DNA of 64,000 nt from Gekko japonicus (Eukaryota), in assembly GCF_001447785.1 (NCBI RefSeq), contig NW_015173272.1, forward strand, positions 1 through 64,000, written 5' to 3'. Below are positions 24,601 to 33,798 of this stretch, in pieces. The notes below the pieces were generated by a model. The model saw only the letters and a program-made list of their open reading frames with translations, was not told the DNA's origin and searched no databases. The position numbers and the translations under genes are program-made. Positions within the stretch are counted from its first letter, which is position 1; every line of letters begins with the position of its first letter.

Positions 24601-25052
24601 TCCGTGAGTGTGCCGCCATCAACCAGAAGTCGAATCAACACAATCTTGAAGTACTGAAGGCTGCAGTAAAATAACATGTTTAATAAACTACCTAAAAACA
24701 TAAAGACATTTTCTTTTACATTAAGGAACATTTTACATCTCATAAACTCACCAATGTTTCAAGATTCTTAGTACTAGTTCATATACTATATTGGTGCCAC
24801 GCTATTGCATTTAAGTTCTAAAAGAAAACAGACAAGCACAATACACATTTTACAGTTCTCTGATAATGTTATACAATATAAAGAAATCTGAAGTGTGAAA
24901 AACATATCGAGAGTTACTGACCTGGTTACTGGGAATCGTCAATATTAAAATATAATGTGACTAGGTCTACAATACATTTCAAATGATTGAAAAAATTGTA
25001 AAATTATACTCAGTGATTTAGTGCTTTACTTAGTCATATACACTGTTGCAAA
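21680..25052. mobile_element. Unclassified AT-rich insertion with ~43-bp asymmetric inverted repeats, splitting the YR gene
   Basis: TSD TAGGCTATACCAC (21667-21679) / TAGGTTATACCAC (25053-25065); inverted repeat 21679-21720 vs 24991-25033. Confidence 0.75.
22009..24634 (-). mobile_element. ORF1-only L1 (HAL1-like)
   Basis: 5' end GACTTCTGGTTGATGGCGG and GC-rich 5'UTR. ORF1 starts at 24078 with a coiled-coil region; its C-terminal YKWLFPEGV ends at stop 22328. A ~320-bp 3'UTR follows, with AATAAA and poly(A). TSD TCAACACAATCTT. Confidence 0.8.
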
Positions 25053-25644
25053 TAGGTTATACCACAGCTGATATTCAGCGTGTGGGGAGATGGCAGCTGT
25101 CTGACTACAGAGGCTATGTAAACCCCTTTGCTGTTTTGTGATTGTTCCATTGTTGTGTTTGGTGGTTCATTGTTTTTTTCTTCCTAGATGCTGTCGTCTG
25201 TAGAAGGAGGAGATGGATTCTCATCTGCGGACACAGGTATATCTTTTGGGCAGCTCATTGGGCCAATAGATCAGCCATTGGCACTCAGCTGAGCCTCAGC
25301 CAATGAGCCATGGTTGAATGGAGGGGGCACCATGACTTACACTGGCTGGGCCTCCTCCTCCTCCTTCTGTTTGGGAGTGCTGGCTTTTCATCCAATGTTT
25401 TGGTGATCCATTTAGGTGGTAATGACTTGGGATTCCTGAAGGGAAAAGCCCTAGTCTTGCAAGCCCGGGATGATTTGAAATCTATTCAGTGCCAGTGGCC
25501 AGATACAATAATGGTGTGGTCTTCCATGATTCCATGCCTAGTTTGGCATAACACTTTGGATCCCAGAGATATCAAGAGAGCTTGGCGCAAGGCCAACAGT
25601 GAAAGAACATCGCAGTAATACCATAAACAAGGTGGAGTTAGAAC

Positions 25645-26011
25645 CAGAGGTAATTTCGGGGGGATCAAGGGGGATCACAGTTCCCCCGGGTGAGGTACTG
25701 GGGGCGGGGCACATCACGAAGCCCCGTCCCCTGCTTCTGGCCGCCCCGCTTCTGGCCCTCATTCAGCCAGGAAGAGGCAGGAGAAGAGGGAGGGGAAGCC
25801 CCTTCACGGGGCTTCCTTGCACTCCTGCCGGCCCTTNNNNNNNNNNNNNNGAGACCATTGGGGGCGGGGTGTGTGGCCTTATGACACACTTCCGGTGATG
25901 TTAGGGGGTGTGGCCTTATGACACACTTCTGGTTATGTCAGGGGGTGTGGCATATGCTAATTAGTTATGCTAATGAGTTCCCTAAGCTCTTATTCTACTA
26001 AATGACCCCTG
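25645..26011. mobile_element. hAT-like MITE
   Basis: TIR CAGAGGTAATTT / AAATGACCCCTG; 8-bp TSD GTTAGAAC; related copy at 33496-33798. Confidence 0.85.
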
Positions 26012-26049
26012 GTTAGAACTTCTACTAACACTAATTCAAAAAACATTTG

Positions 26050-27330
26050 CATATCATATAATTTTTTAGCTTACATCAGCCAACGTACTCATCTGTCATC
26101 TTAGTAGAATAGGAATTATTGAAGAAATATATTCAGAAATATAGCCAGTATTTGTCTTAAGCAAACAAAAGGACCACCTCCCTTTCTGAAAGAAACTGTA
26201 TGATTGGAAACCATTTGCACATAAATGGTGTGTGATAATCCTCGCTTGAGGTATTAGTTATTCTGTTTGCTATTTTCCCCATAATGAACTGCATCCATAT
26301 TTTATCATGCCACAAATCTAGAGGGGAGGGCTGTGTTTGATTTCCACCTGGCCACAATGGTGAGTCTGGCTGCAGCAATTAGTGTGGAGATTGTTTCCTT
26401 TGTTTGTTTTGGAGGGGACGGATCTGGCCATTGTTCCAGCAAAATCAATTCAGGGTCAAGAAGGATTGATAGGTTGGTTATCAGACTTATAGTCTTGATT
26501 ATAACCTTCCAGAAATTCTGTATAAGAGGGCATTCCCACCAACAATGCCAGAATGTCCCACGGAGGCCACAGCCCTTCCAGCATAGTGGCTGATTGCTTT
26601 GTTATGCAGCCTTTGAAGAGTGTAATACCATCGAGTTATCATTTTAAAAAATTGAAAATTTATATTAAAGAACTTAGATTTACTTGAAGGAGCTCTCCAT
26701 ACCCGCTGCCAGAATAATTCTTGGAGTTCTCTACTTAGAAAATTTTTTAAGATTTTTGAGTAAGATTTGCTGTATGAGGGAGACCAAACCCTTAGTTTCG
26801 CCATCAAAGTTTTAGGTAATTGTTTCAAACTCTGATAAGTTGGTGAAAGAAGTACTTGTACATTTAAGTTTCTGTATCATCTCTCTATCTTGGAGATATC
26901 GAAACCAATGAATCTGTATTTGTGCTTCCTTTTCAAATGATTCTTTTCTATAAGTACTTTTGCATGTCAAATCTATAGGGCAAGCTATCCCAGCCCTGAA
27001 CCATTCCCGCAGAGTTTGATACTTGTTACCCGCAACAGACCAGTCTTGGTTGGTCATTATTGCTGCTGGTGAAGCTTGCTGTATAAGTTTTTTTTTTGTC
27101 CAGTCCCAGAGTTTTAATGACATGTCTAGGAAATTATTATCTTTTTATTTGTGGGGTCTATCTTGTATTGTGAGGAGGACTGTGAAAGCTTTTTCTCCCC
27201 CCCTCCCCAGTATACTGGAGTGCACCATTATTTCTCACTTGCATGTACTACAATTTTTTTCTCACTTCCCTTAGGAACATACCGGCCCAAAAGATGTTGT
27301 GCCCAGGCTGCACTGTATGTTTTCTCCCCA
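26050..27330 (-). mobile_element. L1-clade LINE ORF2 C-terminal fragment, decayed
   Basis: KMITRWYYT followed by the CWKGCG.RGTFWHCWWEC zinc knuckle on -. Confidence 0.82.
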
Positions 27331-28202
27331 GAGTCCTCTCCAGAAAGGGTGCACTCATCTGGTAAGCAAATATAGCTCCCACTGTGCAGTTAGGGAGATT
27401 GGCTCTTACATCACTTCCACCAGGAGTGAACCTCTTGGATCTGTCACTGAAATCCTGCCTGGTTTTCATAAGGGCAAGGACAAAGCATGTTTCAGTTGTT
27501 CAGAAAATTGGTGAGGAGATGATGCGGCACTCCACCAGGCAGCGTGAGGTGCTGCTTGAAGCTGGGAGAAAAGACCAGGAAGACTTTATGTGGGTAATGA
27601 CAGCATCTCTTGAGGAGAAGAGGCAGTCCCATGAAGACTTATGTGGCATCCTGCAGGGACAATGAGAGGGGACAATGAGAGGGGAAGGTGGAAGAGCCAT
27701 CCCACAGGTAGTCAGTGTACACAATCACTGTACTGCACTAAATGTTGATCTAAGCAGCAACTGAGGATGGGGATGTTGGGAATGCATGTAGAATTGATAT
27801 GTCTGATAGTATCAGAGAGCGGGTGGCAACACAACCAGGCATAGATCTGCCATCAACTTCCTCTCATGGCCCTCCCCATGCTGGCTGCAAGTAGCGAGTC
27901 ATGAAACCCAAAAACACCTTATTCTCCTCCAAAGTAAATCTAGTCAACCCCTTAATCCCTTCCCTATCATGGAGTTCAGTTGTGTCCTTACACTGTCAGC
28001 ATGGGTGAAATGTTGTATCCTCATGTTCTATCTGTCCAGTTGTTAAGGAATGAGATTGATATTTGCTTTATGGACAATGTTTATTGCTACACACACAATG
28101 GACTGTGCACACACACCCATAGGCTCAAAGAAAGCTGTACAAGTCACCTGTTGTGATACTACACGTAGAAGATGCCTGCATAAGCCTTGCACATGAATGA
28201 GG

Positions 28203-30180
28203 TGTTAGCCGTACTGCTTTATCTACAACAGCTGGCAAACTAAATTTAAATTTGGGTTCCTGCTTTTGTATACTGAAGTCCAATCCACTCCAAGGTTTTT
28301 ACCAGTGAGAGAGAAATGAGACTGGTGTGTTCCAAAACAATTTGTCTTTTACTTAAGAATATATATAATCACATACACACAAAATCAGATTCACACATAC
28401 AATCAATCAAGTTCCTTAGAAATACCGAATTACAATAGTCACTATAGAAATCATAGGTAGGGCTATGGGTTGCAATACTTATCTGTCCTGAAGCTTGTCC
28501 TTCTCAATGAAGAATAGAGGGGTCAGAAAATATACTAGTGAGATTTAACACAGAGCTAGAAACCAGCCAACATGTGTGGACCTCGTGGCTGCAGACCAAG
28601 AGATCAAGTAGGAACAAAGGATTTTTGAATAGGAAGCTGGGCTTGAGAGGGGTTTCAAGTAGACAGAGGGCATAGGTGGGGGTAGGCGGCTAGCAAACGC
28701 TAAGCAGCTGGACCTCACCTTTTATAGGTGAATCCTTTAGTGAGTGGCAACCATGCCAGTCTGTAAACCCACCTACCTGTAAGTCCATCCCAAAACGAAC
28801 CTCATTGGTGCGTGTAGTAAGGGTTTGCCACCTAAAGGGTTTGGCCAATATTGAAACTCTAGACTCTAACTCAAGAGGAGGCATCTGGTGAAGTGTGAAA
28901 GCTTGGTGCTAGGATGCTCATTGAAGTGCAGATGAATCTTGCCCATTCCCAGGTAATCAAAGCCCGTCTGACAGGAAATGGTTATTTAGATGTAGAGCAG
29001 AAATGTGTATATGTGTGCTTTCAACAGTTCATCAATGGAGGCTGATTTCAAACAAGTTGTTGTTTGGCTGGCAACAATAACGATGTGCTTCTTCTTCCCC
29101 TCAGGCAGCAGCTGTGTATTTGAAACCTCATTAACATGTAAGGCTTAGAGCAGGTCACTATCTATGTGTATCTCACAACAAGCGACTTGTACAGCATTCC
29201 TTGAGCCTATGGGTGTATGCATGCACAGTCCATGTGGTGTTGTCAGCAAATAAAGCAAAGATTAGCCTCAATTTTTAACAGAGGTTTCAGCTACACAGCA
29301 TCAGCCTGGTGGGGAAGCACACATCTCCATTATTGTCACCAAAACAACAACTTGAGCAGAGACAGCCCCATTGCTGAATCAGTTGGGCTCACGTACAACG
29401 CATCCATGCTTTCTTCTACATTGGTATTTCCTGTCAAATCAACATTTGTTTCACAAAGTGGATGGCCAGCTTCATCTGCACTTCAGTGAAGCATCTTGAC
29501 GTCAAGGGTTTCACATCTGATCAGATGCCCTTCTTTGAGTAAGGTATTAGATTTCAATATTGACCACTCCTTTAGGCAACCTCACACTCCTATAGGTAAC
29601 CAATAGGATTGTTTTTGGGATGGACTAACAGGAAGGTGGGCCAGGAGGTTGGCACCGTCAACACCCATCTCCTGGATCTCCGATAAAAAAAGAGAACCAG
29701 TCACATGGTCTCTCTCTCTCTCTCTACTTGATCAACTAGCATCTCCCTGCAACAACCCCTGTCTGCTTTAACTCCTCTTTTGTCCAGCTTGCTATCACAA
29801 ACCCTTGCCTCTACTGCCTACACGTGCTGGCTGGTTCTAGTCATGTGTTAAATTCCCTTAGATTTTTATTTTCTCCCCATCCATTCTTAATTGGAACAAC
29901 CAAGCTGTGAAGACAGATAAGTATCACCCATCATCACCCTACCTGCTAATGCAACAGTGCTTATTTTAACCCTGTATTTCTAAGGAACTTGTTTGAATGT
30001 GTGAGTGCATCAGTATTGTTTGTATGTGATTTATATTCTTAAGTAAAAGACATTTATTTTAACAACACCAACCTCGGCTTCCTCTCTGGTAACCCTCGGT
30101 GGGAACAGGACCTTGGTATAGTTGGCAAGCACCAAGTTTAAAATTTGCCAATTGCTGTAGATAAAGCAATTCGGCTAACA
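28203..30180. mobile_element. ~2 kb imperfect palindrome of two head-to-head LTR-like units
   Basis: TGTTAGCCG...CGGCTAACA; 28203-29145 aligns with the reverse complement of 29265-30180 along its length. Confidence 0.8.
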
Positions 30181-31483
30181 CAGTTGGTTGCTTTATTTCA
30201 GTTCTGCCCCATTTTGATTAGGGGATGCAGTACTGGTTTGTTATTCCAGACTGTTCCTAAAGTAATCCAGGCATAGCACTGACTGTTCTGAGATAACTTT
30301 ATATATAATATTTTAGGAAAAACAGAGTGATACCAAAACACAACTATTTACAAACTAGGAATAAGGCCATGACAAGTTGGCTGTCTTCGACCCGCTGGCC
30401 CGCACCTCCCAGTTCCAGCAGCCTCACAGCGGGGGCATTCGGACACTTGGGCATGGCTCTCCAGGTGCACAGACCAGCCTGACCGACCCCATCCAAGGTG
30501 CTTGCTTCACGCCATCTGCCGCTTCGCTCGCTGCTTGGTGCCATCCCACTCGCAGTGAAGTGCAGAGGTGAGTTTCCAGGCCAGAGGCTGTTGCTGCTGT
30601 GGATTGTGCCCCTGGCTCCCCCACCCAGTGCCCAGACACACTCCTCAAGGCCGGCCCCGAGTGCCTCCCTAACCCACCACCAGCGGTTCTCCCCATGCAC
30701 CAGGCGGAAGGAAGGTGCGGGACTCCTCACCACTAGACAGAGCAGGAGCCGCTCGCTCTGTGCTTCCTTCCCAAGGGACTGGGCCAAGTGCCCCCCCCAT
30801 CGAGCCAAGGGTGCAGCACAACTCAGAGTCCATGGCTGGCCAGCCTCCTGTCCTGTTCCCATGGGACGCATGTGCCCCTGTGAGCTGGAGGAGGGAGGTA
30901 GGGGGAGGCCTCCCACCCTGTTGGCTTCCCACTTGCAACACTGTGGCTGCGTGCCCCAGGCCATGCCAACTGGTACTCCTAGCCCCAGCCACACGCAGGT
31001 TAATGCCAGCATTGACGGCCTTCCATGTGTCTGGCCAGCCTTGGCCCGACCAATGCGAACTCCAAGCCCCAGCACAGATCCTGCTGCCATCCTTAGGTTT
31101 CCCAGCACTGAACTGGATCACCGTGGCCCGCCCCCCGGGACGAGCCACTCCAACCTTTCCCACCTCTGGAGGAGGGGAGGCGAGCCATGGCTGGCAGCCC
31201 ATTTGGTCAGGGGTCGTTTCGAGGCTGAGTGCAGCAGAGCGGCACTCCAGTAGTCGAGCTGACCACCTCCAATGTTCCCTTTAAGCTGCGCCAGTCCCCA
31301 GTGCACAAATCTGAAGCTTAGCACAGGGCCAGGAAACTCACCATTGCCCCAGGGCTACCTCAGGTGCGGGGGAGAGGCAAAAAAGCCAAGCCTCCCCCCC
31401 CCTGCACCAAAGAAGATCTTCTCCCCCAGGGAGGAGGCGCTGCCAGCCATTTAAAGAGAACAGCGGGGCTGCCAGTCAGCTTT

Positions 31484-31921
31484 TCACTTAAAATGGCCAG
31501 CAGCCATTTCAGGTCCCTGAAACGCAGGGCGGGAATATCTGCGGGGCTTCCACTTCACCCCCCGCTTTAGAAGCGGGGAAGCGAAATGGAGCCCTGAAAT
31601 GGTGGCGGCATGAGGTCCCCAGGTGGGGTCTATTTCTCCTGTGGCTGGGGTGGGCGGGGCAGTATTGGAAGCAGGTGGGCGCCTTCTGCGAAAGGGCCGG
31701 AACTTGTAACCGGGATGGTCATGGAGGTGTCTGGTGCAGAGGCGCTTGGCCTCCTCCACAAAGGGTGGCTTCTCGGCAGCTGGCATGCACTTTCAGGTGG
31801 TACCAAGGTGCTTCGAGATCTCAGCATCATGCATCTGTGGGTGCTCCTGCTGCACCATCCGCCACCGTGCCCTCCACAGAAAGGCATTCATCGGCCACTT
31901 CACCCACTCCTTGGCCACCAT
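31484..31921 (-). pseudogene. SOX-family HMG-box pseudogene (SOX15/SoxG-like)
   Basis: One frame reads [80 protein letters not shown]. It carries the SOX signature (R)[35 protein letters not shown] at 31793-31795 replaces the conserved Trp. Confidence 0.88.
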
Positions 31922-31974
31922 CAGTGCCCCGTCCCGTGCCCTGAACACCCTCCGCACCCTGTTTCGGCTCCTTT

Positions 31975-32400
31975 GTTTCAATTTCTTTCTTCCCCTTCCA
32001 TTTTTTCCATTTCCCCTTTGTTTTCCCATCTTTCTCTTCCCCCCCTTTCCCCTCCCTTTCTATTTGTTTCTTCCCACTTCTTTTTCCTTTATCTCAATTC
32101 TTTCTTTTCATTTCCCCCCTTTTTCCCTTTCGTTATTTTCTTTCAATTTCTTTCCTTTCCATTCCATTTTTCTTTCCCTTTCCCCCCCATTTCTTTTCCT
32201 TTCTTTTCCTTCTTTCACTTTTTCCCTTTCCCTCCCTTTCTTTCTTTCATTCACCTCTCTTTTTCTCTCTGTCTCTCCCTTTTCCCCTTTGTTTCCATTT
32301 CTATTATTTCCTTCATTCCCTTTTATCCCTTTCTTTCCCTTTCCTCCTTCCTTCCTTCCTCTTTCGATTTTTCCATTTCTTCATATGTTTGTATGTTTTT
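31975..32400 (+). repeat. Polypyrimidine/polypurine low-complexity tract
   Basis: ~420 bp of almost only C and T on +. Confidence 0.95.
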
Positions 32401-33495
32401 GAACTTAATTTTTTTTTAAAAAAAGAATTAGGCATGCTCCCAACATTTATGCTTGTAGATTTTTTGGCTCACAAGGTAGGATTCATCAGCCACATGTGGA
32501 AAATCAGTTGTAATTGTAGTGGATTCCCAGGTCCTGCCTGGAGGTTGGCAACCAACCTTAGGTTTGTGCATGCTGCCCACAGAGGAAAGAAGCTGCAGTT
32601 GCCACCCTCTGGTGTTTTGTGGGTTTATTCCTGGGGGGGCGGGCGGGCTGCTTTCACTGCTTCTCCAGTGACCCACTCAGGGGCTTGCAAAGGGGACCAT
32701 CCAAATGGGAACTAGTAGACGGTAACACTAGATTGCCATAATGTTATTGCACTATAATGGAATAGTAATTATCGGGGTGGGGGGTTAAGCCCTTTGGTGG
32801 TGCAGTGGGGAAAATGGAAGTCACTAGGGGCTGATGGAGGGAAAATGATACTAATGTGGGCAAGGCCTTTGAAAATGTACACCTTCCCATTCAGATGGCT
32901 TGCTAGCATGCTTGGATTGGTGTTCTTTCCAGATCACGTTCGAGAGAGAACATACTGAGAACAGAGAATGCCTGGAAAAAGGATAGTTTTGGGTGGGTGG
33001 CCATGTTGGTCCAAAGCAGTAGAACAAAGTTTGAATCCCATGACACCTTTAAGAACAACGAAGTTTTATTCTGGGTATAATCTTTTGTGCATGTACACTT
33101 CTTCAGCTACAATGAAATGGAAATTACCAGTCCATACATTTTTATCTCACTACATATGCTAACTTCAGCCCTTACAGCTATATTCTCACCAATGCCCCCA
33201 GAAGGGCCATACATCCTCTTTATTGTACTTTATTTCTTATTTGGAATAATTGATTAGAATAGTAGATTGTAATGTAACATGATAATAGTAGAATGTACTG
33301 TAATTTGGAATGGTAGATTGGAATGTATTTCTCTGGTCTGGAGACAGGGGAGACAACTCTACACGGCCAATCACCCAACTTCAAAGAAGAAGATGCTGTA
33401 AGGTTGCCTCCATGCTTGAGAGGAGATGGATGGAGCGTAATGACAGGGTCTCAGTTAATTGGTCTCAGCATTCCACAAGTAAAGATACATCTGCC

Positions 33496-33798
33496 CAGGG
33501 GTTATTTCGAGGCGGAATGAGCCAGAACGGAACATTATAATAAATGTTTGTTACACTGAAACCAATTAACATCTTGACTATTTTCTTTGTTGTGCTTTTG
33601 AAGCAGTTTTTCTCCAGGTAGACTCGCCAGCTCTGAGCTGGGAAATACCTGGAGATTTTTGGGGTGGAGCCTGAATGGTGAGTGTTGCCTTCTGACACAC
33701 TTCTGGTGAAGTCAGGGGGTGTGGCATATGCAAATAAGTTATGCTAATGAGTTATGCTAATGAGCTCCTGCACCTCTTTTTCTACGAAATGACCCCTG
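33496..33798. mobile_element. hAT-like MITE (family of 25645)
   Basis: TIR CAGGGGTTATTTCG / CGAAATGACCCCTG; shares its 3' body with the 25645 copy. Confidence 0.75.

Larger units (their letters stand above)
18425..25636 (+). mobile_element. Decayed Ngaro/DIRS-type tyrosine-recombinase retrotransposon (gag, RT, RNase H, YR, SGNH hydrolase) with nested insertions
   Basis: gag: WLIYDEEFR and a CPLCGGHH knuckle. RT: SPLGIVPKK..LIHHLSYP, SAFHLLPVHP, LPMG. RNase H: TSDAAG, WCDN. YR: HSFRIGAA at ~21625, continuing GRW..Y at ~25087. Hydrolase: VIHLGGNDL at ~25400. Many frameshifts and stops. Confidence 0.9.

Noticed and set aside
27340-27960. Possible Harbinger Myb/SANT ORF remnant
   Set aside because: Only compositional resemblance; no diagnostic motif or termini.
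30344-31284. Several overlapping 177-254 aa ORFs
   Set aside because: GC-rich DNA lacks stops in many frames; no recognisable domain and mostly non-ATG starts.
31610-32419. 269-aa and 222-aa Phe/Pro/Ser-rich ORFs
   Set aside because: They are translations of a polypyrimidine tract, antisense to the SOX remnant.
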